From the NCBI RefSeq assembly GCF_009914755.1, contig NC_060943.1: DNA of 64,000 bases; one strand, written 5' to 3'. A program made the translations under genes and the position numbers. Numbering within the stretch: the stretch's first letter is position 1; each line of letters starts with the position of its first letter. This DNA is from the human T2T-CHM13v2.0 reference genome, Homo sapiens. Shown in pieces: positions 39,771 to 59,715 of the stretch. The notes beneath the pieces are model-generated. The model was not told where the DNA came from, made no database searches, and saw only the letters and a list, made by a program, of their open reading frames with translations.

Positions 39771-42439
39771 TTGTGAGATTTTTCCAAAGTATGTGGCAGA
39801 ATCCTGGGATTTCTATTTAAAAACAAGTGGTCATGGTTTTAGATCAGAAAATATGTAGTTTATTTTTGGGATGGACACAATTCATACACATGGACACAGT
39901 GAGCTGACCTTGCTTTGCTGCTCTTTCATTAGGCATTGCAGCACAGCAAAGCTCCCAACACACGTTGGCTTACAGAAATCATTTACTCTGATCTTTCTTG
40001 GTTAACTGGACTCATGTGGGTAGTAGATCATGTGGTGAGAGTCATGTTTTCTGAAGCGTCTTTTAGTTTGGGATTCCAGAAGATGCTTCACTCATGTCTG
40101 ACTCAACACGAGGGCTGGGTGAGCACCTACGGGCTGGCTGATTATCTCCTTCCCTACGTCACTTCCCTATTCATGCCTTGAATTCCCTCAAATCATAAGA
40201 GTCTCATGGTTCTTGGACTTAAGGAATGATGATTGGCTGCCACCAAAGAAAGCCTTCCAAAAGGCTCAAGGAGAAGGTGAAAGGCATCATAGGACCTGGC
40301 TTTGAAAGGCAGACAGTGTCACTTCTATGACATTATATTGATCAAAGTGAGCCATACACAAGCCCAAATCAAAGGGAGGGGGGTTTCATAAGATGTGGTT
40401 ATTTTGACATGCAGTCATGAGGGAGCATCCTTGGCAACTATTTCCACTCAGTCCTCACTGGCTTACATTTTTCCCATATATCAAAAGCACTAATCCTGTA
40501 AGGAACCACTGAAGGCAATACACTTATAGGAACAGGCTCAGATTGTAGTCCAGAATGTTATCATCCAATCAGGATCTGGTGTCCATGAAGTGACTAGAAA
40601 TTATCATGTGCACTTTCTTTCAACATCTGCACTAAAGAAATACATTATCTGCCCTATACATATTAAACCTACAAGACTAAAACAGATATAGGAAAATGCA
40701 GTGAACACACTTATTTTAGAGGGACAAAAGATAATAAACAGCACCCTGAAAGCAAGATGGGTCACCAACAACTCTACTGGAGCCACCCACAAAAAAATCA
40801 GCCAGGGTTCTCACCCTTGTTGCATCTGCTCAAACCAGCATCTCCTTATCTGAAAATATTGTCTTGATATGTGCCGCTTCTGTTTCCACAAGTACTTAAA
40901 GGATATAGGTCTCATTAAGTTGGACTAAGTGATGCTCCTTGAATTAATAAGCAAGACATCCACTCAGTGAAAGAAACCATGCTAACTCTTTGTACATGAA
41001 TAAAAATTAAAATAAAGAAACCAATACAAACAAACAAGAACAAAAAAAAAAATAGGCATCCATCACTGGTCCACATCTTGCTGAAGCCAACTATACCCGT
41101 ATTTTCATCTTCTCTGAAAACGTTTCTCTGCAACAGTTGGCTCCACCTTCTACTGTCAGCTTCTTAGAGCTCCTACCAAGTAGGCACAATGACAGCCCTT
41201 TTCCCTCTATAAGAGCTGTTGTCATCTGGTTCATAGCACAAATAGAGAACCATTTAGGAGAAGATAAACAACATATTACCTAAAAGCCAAACAATGCAGA
41301 CTGAAGAGGGTCTCATCAAATAGCCTCTTTGTCTGCAGGGCCTATCACAGGTGTCAATTTGATCATCTTCATCCTCTCTTTCCATGTTCATTGCCACAAC
41401 TTGTTCAGCTCCAACCTTACTCATGGGTATGCCTCTCTCCTTGCCCTCCTTTAACCTAATATTCATATACCTTGAGGTGTCAATGCACAGTAAATGACAC
41501 CTTCATGCCTCTCTTTCTTGTTGCTTTCCTGTATGAACTGAAATTCCCTCCGCTGTCACTGGAAAGTCTCAGGTTCTTGTTAGGTACACTTTCCCCCTTA
41601 TATCATCCCTCTCACAGTTTTGGTCACCGCCCTATTTTGATGATGGATCATAGGCCCCCTCATCAGCATGGAAATCATTTCTTGGGGAATTAGGCAATAC
41701 TTGCTCTGAGTGGATAAAAACTATCTTGGACCCCATGAGTTTCTGAGCAGAACATGAGATTGATTTCATATCTACATGTCGCTGGACGATGCCCATTGTA
41801 TTTGCATGACCTACAGTGTCCTACATGCTGCCCCTGCTATACAAACACACAGTGACTGCCTTTTCTTGACTGATATTCACCAGTTCAGTTCAGCTCATAT
41901 AGGCCATTTGTTACTCTCATCTTTATACCAACTACTACCCTATGCTCATGGTGGCCAGGAGTGATGTCTCAGATAAAAAGAGAAGACATAGAGCCAAGGA
42001 ACCAATGTTGAACAAACGATTTTTGTTTGCCTCTGGAGACTTACTCAACATCTCTTTCATGCTTGTCAACCCAAGTTCATGGCCTTCTCCCAGCAAATAC
42101 ATCATTGCTGAAAACACAGTAGGTTATTTCCGCAGTCTAAAGCCTTACCTTTTGAAAGGTCTGTAGGGCTTTCCAGTTTTTGCTGAAAGCCCCCAAAGAA
42201 TAAATCTACTCTTTGCTAACGTTGTCCTTGATGTCCAAGTCTCCCAAAGCTGTTTCTTCTGTGGTGCTGTCCGTGGTGCTGAGCTCTGGTGCGTCTGGGC
42301 CTGTATTTGCAAGTGAGGGGCCAATAAGACAGAATTAACAGAGAAATTTTTTGTTTTGTATTTGATAAATCACAGCTCAAAATATGTATGATGAACGGAG
42401 CAGGAATTGAATTTGGACTTTCAGATCACAATTTCTGCA

Positions 42440-45400
42440 GTGCCCTCTCTCACCGTCCTATTCAACATAGTGTTGGAAGTCCTGGCCAGAGCAATCAGGC
42501 AAGAGAAAGAAAGAAAGGGCATCCAAACAGAAAGAGAGGTCAAACCATCCCTGTTTGCAGATGTCATGATTCTGTATCTAGAAAACATCATAGTCTCTGC
42601 CCAAATAATTCTTAAGCTGGTAAACAACTTGAGCAAAATTTCAGGATACAAAATCAAAGTGCAAAAATTACTAGAACTCCTATATACCAACAACAGCAAA
42701 GCATAGGGCCAAATCAGGACTGCAATTCCATTCACAATTGCCATAAAAAGAATAAAATACCTAGGAATACAGCTAACCAGGAGGTGTAAGATTTTTACCA
42801 TGAAAATTACAAAACACTGCTTAAAATATCAGAGATGACCCAAACAAATGGAAAAACATCCCAGGCTCATAGATAGCAAGAGTCATTATCATTAAAACAG
42901 CCATATTGCCCAAAGAAATGTACAGATTCAATGCTATTTCTGTTGAACTACCTATGACATCCTTCATAGAATTAGAAAAAAACTATTTTAAAATACTCAT
43001 GGAACCAAGAACGAGTTGAATAACCAAGACAGTTCTTAGCAAAAAGAATCAAGCTGGAAACATCATATTACCCAATGTCAAACTGTGTTACAGGGCCACA
43101 GTAACAAAACAGTATGGTACTGGTACAAAAACAGACACAGAGACCAGTGGGACAGAAGAGAGAGCCCAGAAATAAGGTCACACACCTACAACCATCATCA
43201 GACCCTTCCACTAAGCTGACCAAACAAGCAATGTAAAAAGGATTTCTTATTCAAGAAATGGTTCTGGGTAACTGGCTAACCATATGCAGATGATTGAAAC
43301 TGAACCCCTTCATCACATTATATAGAAAAATCAACACAAGATGGGTTAAAGACTTAAATGTAAATGCAAAACTATAAAAACCTTGGAAGACTACATAGGC
43401 AATACCATTCTGAATGTAGAAATGGACAAAAGTTTTATGACAAAGATGCGAAAAGCAACCTCAAGAAAAGCAAAAATTGACAGTGGATTTATTTAAGCTA
43501 AAGAGCTTCTGCACAGCAACAGAAACTATCAACAGAGTCAACAGACAATCTACAGAATGGGAGAAAATATTTGAAAATTATGTATCTGAAAAAGGTCTTA
43601 TATCTAGCATCTATAAGGAACTTCAGTAACTTTGCAAGAAAAGAACAAACAACTCCATTAAAAAGTGGGCAAAGGGGCAGGACGCGGTGGCTCACGCCAT
43701 AATCCCAGCACTTTGGAAGGCTCAGGAGGGCCGATCACGAGGTCAGAAAATAACTTGAGACCAGTCTGCCCAACATGGTGGTCTCAGACACCTAGACCAA
43801 TGGAACAGAATGGAGAACCCAGAAATGAGGCCACACACCGACAACCATCTGATCTTCAACAAAGCTGACCAAACAAGCAACGGAAAAAAGACTCCCTACT
43901 CAAGAAATTGTGCTGGGAGAACTGGCTAGCCATATGCAAAAGATTGAAACTGAAGCCCTTCCTTAAACCATATACAAAAATCAATTCAAGATGGATTAAA
44001 GACTTAAATGTAAAATCCAAAACTACAAACACCCTGGAAGACAACCTAGGCAATACCATGCAGGACATAGGCATGAGCAAAGGTTTCATGATGAAGATTT
44101 CAAAGGCAATCACAACAAAAGCAAAAATTGTCAAACTGAATCTAATTAAACTAAAGTGCTTCTGCACAGCAAAAGAAACTATCAAGAGAGTAAACAGACA
44201 GCCTATAGAATGGGAGAATATATTTTCAAACTATTTATCTGAAGAAGATCTAATATCCGAGTATCTACAAGAAACTTCAACAACTTTACAAGAAAGAAAA
44301 AACAAACCCATAAAAAAGTGGGTAAAGGGCTTGGCACAGTGGCTTATGCCTGTAATTCCAGCACGTTGGACAGCCAAGGCTGGTGGATGGCTTGAGCCCA
44401 GGAATTTGAGAACAGGCTGGGTAACGTGGCAAAAACCCATCTCTACTAAAATTAGAAAAAATTAGCCTGGCATGGTGACATGAGCCTGTATTCCCAACTA
44501 CTCAGGAGGCTGAGCTGGGAGGATCACCTGAGCCCAGAAGCCAGAGGTTGCAGTGAGCTGAGACAGTGCCACACCACTCCAGCCTTTTTGTCAGAGTGAG
44601 ACCTGTTTTAAAACAATGAAAAAAGGTGAGCATAGGACAGGAACAGACACTTTTCAAAAGTAGACATACAGGTGGCCAACAAGCATATAATAAAAGCTTG
44701 ACATCACTGAACATTAGAGAAAAGCAAACCAAAACCAAAATGAGATACCATCCCACACCAGTCAGAATGGCTCTTATTAAAGTCAAAAAAGGACAGATGC
44801 TGACAAGGTTATGAAGATAAGGGAGCACTTACACATTGTTGGTGGAAGTGTAAATTAGTTCACACATTGTGGAAAGCAGCGTGGTGATTCATCAAACAGC
44901 TAACAACAGAACTACCCTTCAACCCAGCAATCCCATCACTGGGTGTATACCCAGAAGAATAGAAATCATTCTGCCATAAAGACATATGCACATGAATGTT
45001 CATTGCAAAACTATGCACAATAGCAAAGACATGGAATGAACCCAAATGCCCATCAAGGACAGATTAAATACAGAAAATGTGGTACATGTACACAATGGAA
45101 TACTATGCAGTCCTATAAAACAGTGAGATTATGTCTTTTGCCATAACATGGATGGAGCTAGAAGCCATTATTCTCAGCAGACTAATGCAGGAACAGAAAA
45201 CCAAATACTGCATGTTCTCACTTATAAGTGTGAACTAAATGATGAGACTCATGGAACCAAGAGGGGAACAACACACACTGGGGCCTACTTGAGGGTTGAG
45301 GGTGAGAGGTGCAATAGGAGCAAAAAAATAACTATTGGGTATTATGCTTAGTACCCAGATGAAGAAATCATAATTACCACAAAACCCATGACACAATTTT

Positions 45401-45440
45401 ATCTGCATGTGTACCACTGAACCTAAAATAAAAGGAAAAA
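42440..45440 (+). mobile_element. Older primate L1 (L1PREC2/L1PA13-16-like) with Alu inserts at ~43677-43780 and ~44328-44625
   Basis: Diverged ORF2 RT and C-terminal remnants; 3'UTR gggcctacttgaggg...ataactattgggta. Confidence 0.8.
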
Positions 45441-45466
45441 TAAATCAAAGAAAAAAACAAATCTCA

Positions 45467-51507
<6,041 letters not shown>

Positions 51508-51699
51508 AAATCTCACCTTTCTCCCAGAATCTGCAGAAGAAACAGTCTCCCTCAAACTTTGATTTACATGGACACCAACAGAGGGTGTAGCTAGAGCCCA
51601 AGTGTGTGACAGTCAGATGAAAGTGGCCCTTACCTAGCAAAGCCAAGTGGCTTAGTGTGGGGCAGGTTCATGCAAGAAATTTCTCTACTTCTCTCTGCA

Positions 51700-52217
51700 G
51701 ATCCTCCTCAGGATCAAGGTCAGTGCTCTCCCAGAACATTTAAAGGCAGAGAGAAGAATTACCTTTTAGGGCTAACTTGTTTCCCCCAAAATCTCCAACT
51801 TTTTTTTTCTTGTTTAGCCATTGTACAAAATTGGGAAAATGTACACCTTCTGGGTAGATTCTGCATAGTGGAGAAAAGGCTTGAGAGGCACAAAGGCTGG
51901 GCTTTACAATCACTACCCCTCACTCCATCATCCTTATCTATGCATTTCCCTGGTAACCCAATCCACAGTCTGGTACCTTCCCCAATGTCATTTCTGCTGC
52001 ATTACAGACACAGACTTGCAAATAGTTATGGTTGTGACTGAGTTTCTTCGTGACACCTGACCCTTTCTCATGCTGCAAGGAAAGCTTGCTGGGAGGAGCA
52101 TGGAATCTGGAATGATGCCAGAGGGCAAAGCTGAAAGGGGTCATTTAAGTGCTGCAACTCAGAGATTCACTCAGAAGACTGGACACAATTCCGAAGGTCG
52201 CCCAGAAGGAGAGGACA
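51700..52217 (+). promoter_or_regulatory. LGALS16 proximal promoter/5'UTR
   Basis: ERRE TCAAGGTCA 51714-51722, GATA TTATCT 51934-51939, TEAD-like TGGAATG 52108-52114, TATA-like CATTTAAG ~52142. Confidence 0.6.
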
Positions 52218-52232
52218 ATGTCATTTCTAACT
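52218..52232 (+). CDS. LGALS16: LGALS16 exon 1 coding part
   Basis: acaATGTCATTTCTAACT|gtgagt. Confidence 0.9.
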
Positions 52233-55200
52233 GTGAGTTGAAAAGGCACAGCCTTCAATAATCTCAAGTCACACAAAACCAAGAAAGATGTGGGGTATTT
52301 TATGAGATGAAAATATGAGCATTCCTACTGTGAATGCTTTACTGAGAGTTGTGGGTGTGTGGAAGAGAAACACTGAGGCTGGGTATCTGAGATGCTTGTA
52401 GCATGTGGGTTGTGGATCCTGGACAAATGTAACCCTCTGTGAGCATGAGGTGGTATCTGATGAGAGTGAACTCTGATGAGATGATGTGACTTTAGGTGGG
52501 AGGTGGATGGCACACCAGGTCAAGCAGGTGTTTGTGTGAGTGTAAGGGGGGTGATTGTACTTTGTCTTCCTCTTTGTGATGTGAGTGTGTGTTAGCACAG
52601 CCAGACCAGTGCATGGTCATCTTTATGTGCGCAGTGAGCAGGTGTGTGTAACTCAGTGAGTGGCATGGCTCTGTGTGACTGTGGGTGTGTGTGCTGGGAT
52701 GTGACTGAGTATTGAAGGGAAAACACGCATGTGGCCTTCTGTGCATGTGAAGGTTCCTCCCCACACAACAGCACTTCTGATGAAGGAACTGTGTGTCTTT
52801 TCATGTGTGGCAATGTGGATCCCAGGTGGCTTAACTGGTAGGGATCTTGGAGATTGTGAGTTACCAAGGACTTGTTTCAGATCACTTATGAGAGCAGAAT
52901 GTATGATCAGTAGATGTCTCTTCCCAGTAAGAGTGGGGAAGAGGAATGGAGACTATGGGGGTGATGGATCCTCAGGTGGGGTCTGCACAGAGTGACCACT
53001 GTCTCTTGCCTCCCAGGCTCAGCTTCCCTGTCCCCAGCCTATCCTGTCCTTTTCATTGTGGGACAGGAGGTTTGCTAGAGAAGGATATTAGAGGCCATGG
53101 TTTCAGAGACTGAATCACGTAAAATATCCACTGTAAGCTATGTCTCAACTGAGTCTAAACTTGTTCCTCCACCCATGAAGGAACAAGTCTAGTCTCAGTT
53201 CAGACAGAGCTTACAGTGGATATTAATCAACAAAGCAGCTGGGTTCACTGGCTCACGGCTATAATCCCACCAATCTGAGAGACAAAGATGAGAGGATAAC
53301 TTGAGGCCAGAAGTTTGAGGCCAGTCTGGGTATCATAGTGAGACCCTTTCTTTAAAAAACTTTAAATATCAGACTGCCAGAGTGGCAGGCACCTTTTGCC
53401 CCAGCTACACAAGAGGGGGCAGATGTGTGAGGATCACTGCAGCCCAGGAGTTCAACGTTTCAATGAGCTATGATCGCACCACTGCATGTCAGCCTGGGCA
53501 ACAGAGCAAGACCCTATCTCAAAAATACAGAAAAATCATCAACCACTTGTAGTCATTGTAGAAATCAATCATTCCCTCCAGTTATGTCCCTGACCCACAG
53601 GCTTCACTTGTGCAAGTACTGGGGCTGTGCTGTCAGTAATGTGTGCCACTTCTTGGAAGGACGTCCATTGCCCTTGATGATTGTGAGAGTTGAAAATAAG
53701 GCAGATCAGTGTTTCAGGAGGACTCCCCTGTTCTGTTAGGTCACCCCTAACAGGCCCTACACATGCCAGGGATTAGGGTAAAAGTTTTACATGTATTAAC
53801 TGCTCTATTATGGAGAACTTCCTACACAGTAGGAATTCATGATAATCCTCCTTGTTTTAGGGAAACTGAGGAAGTCAAGTAACCGATCTAAGATTGCACT
53901 GCTAGTAAGAGGCAGAATGAGGACTGGAATCCAGGCTTCTTGGCTCCTGAACCCTTGCTCTTACCTATGGGTCCACCATACCTTCAGGAATGTGGGGCCC
54001 TGACTGTGGTAGAGTGAATGGGGAGAGTCCACAGAGCCTGCCCTGTGATCTCTAACCTCCTGCACCATGGGAATATGTTACAGGAAGGGAGACTGCACCT
54101 GACCCTGCACCTCTCACTTATTCTCAATACCCTGGCAGGTGCCATACAAACTGCCTGTGTCTTTGTCTGTTGGTTCCTGCGTGATAATCAAAGGGACACT
54201 GATCGACTCTTCTATGTGAGTACTCCATGGTCCAATGGAGGGGGTGGAGGAGAAAGGAGAATATTTGCTAAGAGTTTGACCTTATGTGTGGGTGATGTGG
54301 AAATGTCTAATTGGCAGGATGGAGGCCCCATGCAGGTGCAGGTCCTGGAGACCCTCCAGCACCAGGCATGAGACCTGCAGCAACTGCATGTGGGCCAGCC
54401 ATGGGGCCTAGGGGAGGAGAATACTCAGTGGGTTGGGACTGTGGCTCTTTATCAAGGGGCATAGAATTTTCAGGGAATGAACAAGTCACAGGCCCAGGTC
54501 AGTGACTGTGATTCAGTTTTCATCTGGGGATGAGGGGCACAGCATCTCCCTGCAGGGGGCACGAGGAGCTGAAGCATCCCCACAGGGACCAGGCCTGCAG
54601 TATCATCAGAGAGAATTTTACCCTGGGTAAATGGGGGAAGGGATTTGTGTGCGTGTCAAGTGTGTGTCTGTGCAATGAAGGAACCTGTCCAATATGCTGT
54701 GTGCTTTGCCCTCAGCAACGAACCACAGCTGCAGGTGGATTTCTACACTGAGATGAATGAGGACTCAGAAATTGCCTTCCATTTGCGAGTGCACTTAGGC
54801 CGTCGTGTGGTCATGAACAGTCGTGAGTTTGGGATATGGATGTTGGAGGAGAATTTACACTATGTGCCCTTTGAGGATGGCAAACCATTTGACTTGCGCA
54901 TCTACGTGTGTCACAATGAGTATGAGGTGAGCACCCCAGGAGCTCGCAGTACCCAGGCTCTTTGGGATCCCAGAGCAGGAGTCAGCTCTCATTGACCTGG
55001 CCTCACCAGTCCCTCAGGGCCCATCTCCCGTAACTACCCCTGCCCCAGGTTTTCATCACAGAGCACCCTCTGCTTGCACTGCCGTCCTCAGCTCTTTCCC
55101 AAATCTGACCAAGGTCAAGGTCGGCTCATCTTCCATTTCCCCCAAAGTGGAGAATCTCCTCTGTCTTTTCACATAGTGCTCATTTCTACTTATGCCATTA

Positions 55201-56776
55201 TTTAAATTTTCATGTAGCTGAATGAATACAATATACTTAAGAAGAAAGTTTTTTCTATCAATCAAAAATTATGTCTTCGTCTCACTTTTGGGCCCCAATT
55301 CTACTCATACGAATAACATTACCAGAGCTCTGCTCTCCTTCAGAGAGAATCCTTTTTCTTTTTTTTTTTTTTTGAGACAGAGACTCACTTTGTCATCCAG
55401 GTTGGAGGGCAGTGACGTGATCTCAGCTCACTGCAACCTCCACCTCCCAGATTCAAGCGATTCTCTTGCCTTAGCCTCCCAAGTAGATGGGATTACAGGC
55501 TGATTTTTTTATTTTTAGTAGAGACGGGGTTTCACCATGTTGGCCAGGCTGGTCTTGAACTCCCAGCCTCAAGTTATCAACCCAATTCAGCCTTCCAATA
55601 TAGTGGATTACACGCATATGCCACCGTGCCAACCCCTTCAGAGGAAATCTTTGCCTATGGAAGCATATAGATATGTCTATGATTTCATTTGTTTTTAAGT
55701 AAATCCTGGTATGTTGCTCTACACATTATGCTTTAGGAACTAAGTTGGTTTTTCATCAAAGAATATATCTTGAAGACATTATCAATCCATGTTTCTGCTT
55801 CAATTGTTTATTTGGGCATTGAAGTTGTTTCCAGTATTTTGCTCTCACAAATGATGCTGTATTAAGCTTTCAAATAAATCCTTTTGTCATTACCAACCTC
55901 CCAATACTTACATTGCGATATAATTACAAAAAATGAAAAAACTGGTTGAAAAATATGTGCATTTTAAATTTGAAAAATTAATACTAATAAGGTGACTCTC
56001 TATACAGCCTCAATATAAGGAATACATCCATACTTTCTTACTTTCTCTAACGAGTAGGCCAAAAGATTCACATCTTATTCAGATTCAAGTGAGGGATCTT
56101 TTCCTATGCTTAGAAGTTGTCGAAGATAATATCCTATGTTATACAAGACCTGTCCTCCTTTAACTCTCTAAGAACACTGGGTTTCATTCTTTGCCATTAA
56201 CACCTCAGATGTAGGCTACTCCAAAGAGGAACTGTGCCATCAGTAGTGAAAGACAGTCACAGTTCATGGAACTGAAAAGTATGCATTTCAGTGAACATGG
56301 TCTCGCACTAACCCTGTGGCAGGTCCTGTGCGAGATGCAGGGTCTCAAGTTCCTGAGACACAGTTGCTGGTAATGGGGTTGTCCAGGTTAGAAGGGAGGC
56401 TGAATAAACAGGGACTGTGTGACACAGAGTGTAGAACTTCACTAGATAAGAGGAAACATTAGAAATAAGGTCAGCAACTGTCTCAAATAGGCACAAAATG
56501 TCATCTGTAAACAGAAGTGTATCTACAACATTCGCTTGTATAACTAGGAGTTTTCTTGGGGAATGTTATTGGTACTAGGGCAGAGTAGAGAAGAGGCTGA
56601 AAACTTGTTGGGTGGCATACTGTCTTTCTGATGCATTTTTCCTCTTAAAGGTAAAGGTAAATGGTGAATACATTTATGCCTTTGTCCATCGAATCCCGCC
56701 ATCATATGTGAAGATGATTCAAGTGTGGAGAGATGTCTCCCTGGACTCAGTGCTTGTCAACAATGGACGGAGATGA
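52218..56776 (+). CDS. LGALS16: Galectin-16, complete, 142 aa: join(52218..52232,54139..54215,54716..54926,56651..56776)
   Basis: GT-AG introns; 15+77+211+126=429 nt; [142 protein letters not shown]. Confidence 0.96.
53238..53525 (+). mobile_element. Old Alu in LGALS16 intron 1
   Basis: Diverged dimeric Alu shared by all three units. Confidence 0.75.
54139..54215 (+). CDS. LGALS16: LGALS16 exon 2
   Basis: ggcag|GTGCCA...TCTAT|gtgagt. Confidence 0.95.
54716..54926 (+). CDS. LGALS16: LGALS16 exon 3
   Basis: cctcag|CAACGAA...TATGAG|gtgagc. Confidence 0.95.
55353..55635 (-). mobile_element. Alu in LGALS16 intron 3
   Basis: TSD-like CTTCAGAG.GAATC / CTTCAGAGGAAATC. Confidence 0.88.
56651..56776 (+). 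CDS. LGALS16: LGALS16 exon 4 coding part
   Basis: cttaaag|GTAAAG...CGGAGATGA. Confidence 0.93.
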   Translation, partial: VKVNGEYIYAFVHRIPPSYVKMIQVWRDVSLDSVLVNNGRR

Positions 56777-56881
56777 TCACACTCCTCATTGTTGAGGAAA
56801 CCCTCTTTCTACCTGACCATGGGATTCCTAGAGCCTGCTAACAGAATAATCCCTCCTCAACCCCTTCCCCTACACTTGGTC

Positions 56882-56887
56882 ATTAAA
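56882..56887 (+). terminator. LGALS16 polyadenylation signal ATTAAA
   Basis: Same position as in the paralogs. Confidence 0.8.
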
Positions 56888-58535
56888 ACAGCACCAAACC
56901 GTACATGATTTGGTTCTTGCTTTAAGAGGGGGAAAGAGGACGTGATCATCCCCAAAAGGGGCCAGGGCATTCTATGGGAGGCATCAAGAAATCAAAGGGG
57001 ATAAACCTTCCTGTGACAAAGGGAGTGAGTGACAAGGTCCATGGAATGTCTGATAAGACATTAGGAACAGCATCCTTCTATAGTACGTAGTTGACGTCAG
57101 ACAGTCTGAACCAAAATACTTACCCAATCTCAGATGACTCACGGCACTTAAATGTTAGATAGCTACTTACAGCCACACAGGTGTACCTAGTAGCTTTGGG
57201 GAAAACCTATAACTTTAGGAAAATTATGTGGAATTTCTTAATTTTTCCATTGTTCTCAGGATGCTTATTGTGTAGGAACACTATGCCTGGCTTTGTGCAG
57301 GCTGCTGTGAAGGAAGTGAAGAAAAGGATGACAAGTTTTGCATGTAAAGTTTTCAATCCAAGCAATAGAGAATCACTGGAGCCCAGTGATTCCCCTTAAA
57401 GAATACCAATTATTCTTATTTTCAAATATTTGAAAAGTTTTTCATTTTATGTGGGGAGAATCCAGGGGTTTCTCTTTAGAAATAAATGGTCATGGTTTTA
57501 GATCAGAGAACACGTAGATTATTATTGGAATAGACACAATTCATGTCCATGGACACAGTGAGCAGATCCTGCTTTGCTGCTATTCTTGCGATAAATTGCA
57601 GCATAGAAAACTGCCCAACACATATTGGCTAAAAGCAATCATTTATTTTGATCTCTCCCAGCTTTACAGGTTTACTGAATTCATGTGAGTGGTAGGTCAT
57701 GTGATGGGAGTCACGTTATTTGAGAGATCTTTTAGGCTGGGATTTCAAGGGATGCTTTACTCTTGTCCAATTCAACACTAGGGCTGAGTGAACACCTGGA
57801 AACTGGCTGATTATTTCCTTCACTACCTCACCTTCCCATTCATGCCTTTAATTTCCTCAAATAGACTCTCACAGTTCTTAGACTTAATGAATGGTGACTG
57901 GCTTTCACCAAGGTAAGCCTTCCAAAAGGCTCATGGAGAAGGTGCACAGCATCACAGGACCTACCTTTGAATGGCAGACAGTGTCACTTCTATGACTTTA
58001 CATTGATCAAGATGAGTCACACAGACAGCCCTAATCAAAAGGAGAGGACTCCACAAGCTGTGGTTATTGTGACTGTAGTCATGAGGGGCCATCCTTGGCA
58101 ACTAGTTCCACTCAGAACTACTTCCCATATACCAAAAACACACCCTGTAAGGAATCTCTGAAGGCATACAATTATAGGAACAGGCCTCAGAGTAAAGTGC
58201 AGTGTCTTATCTAATCAGGATATGGTGTCTATGATGTGACTACAACTTATCACTTGCAATCTCTCTCAACATGTGCATCAAAGGAACACATTATCTGCTT
58301 TATACAAATCAAGCAAAGAAGACTGAAGGAGACAGGAAAAAAGGCAATGAAAACACCTATTTTAGAGGGGCAAAATAAAATAGACAGCAGTCACTAATCT
58401 GTATCATTGGTGAAACCAACCAGACACCTATTTTCATTTTCTCTGGGAATGTTTCTCCGTAGCACTTGCCCTCACCCTCCATTCTCAGCTTCTTGGAGTT
58501 CCTACCAAGATGGCAGAATAACAGCCCTTTCCCTA

Positions 58536-58745
<210 letters not shown>

Positions 58746-59715
58746 AAGAAATCTAAATATAATTGAGTTGAATATTTGAATTTTTTATTGACATTTCAAA
58801 TTAGATTATAATTCAATTTAAAAGAGCATCTCATAGAAGCAGATGTACTCAATTATGTTAACGCTGTGGTTTCATGTAAGCAATTTGTTTTGTGAAGGGA
58901 CACAAATCCAACCAGATTTTAACAGTGTATAAATATGTATGTATTAATTTAATTACAATGACAATACTCTCAACTCCCCATTTGAATAAAGGAGAGCATC
59001 TGATCTCTGTTCTGGGGCACCGTGCACTATAGGTGTGTGGAAATACAGATGCCCTCAGCTGTGGGGTAGGCTCAGTGGGACCTGGAGTGCTGGAGCCCCT
59101 GGGCCATTCACCTCTGGCTACAAAAGTCATTGTCTATTTATCCCCAGCTGCTATAGAAATATTATTTTCAGTGGCTGTCATGATGCAAAAGAAAAGAAGC
59201 ATGGAGATTTATTAAACCTTTACATATAAGTTATGTTAGTAAATAAAGTGAACTTTCTTCTGGCTTAACTAAAAAATCTATAGTAGTATTTATGCCTTTT
59301 GGAAAATAGAGATGGCAATTTAAATATTATGAAGCAAAGCAACTGATTATCAGGTAAGACAACCAACTACAACTGCAGAATTGTAGAGGTTATGGGTTAA
59401 ATGTATAAGAATATTTCATAGCAATAATCTTTTAAGACTATGCAAGAGACTCCACAGTGGAGTAGAAATTAGAACAGAATTAATAATACTGTGTATGCTC
59501 TCAGTTCACCAATTTATCAAAACTAGCTTTATGATGCAGGAGGGTGTCTGCCCTTTTGCAATTGGAAGAAAAGAAAGAATATTTCATTTTTCGACTCTTT
59601 AGATTTTCTTCACTAACAGTATTTCCACAGCTAAGTAAGGGATTTGCAAGTAGCATCAAGAGAAAAAAGCAGGCTTGAGCAGCTTTTAAAATATGGTCTT
59701 AAAATATGGAAATTG

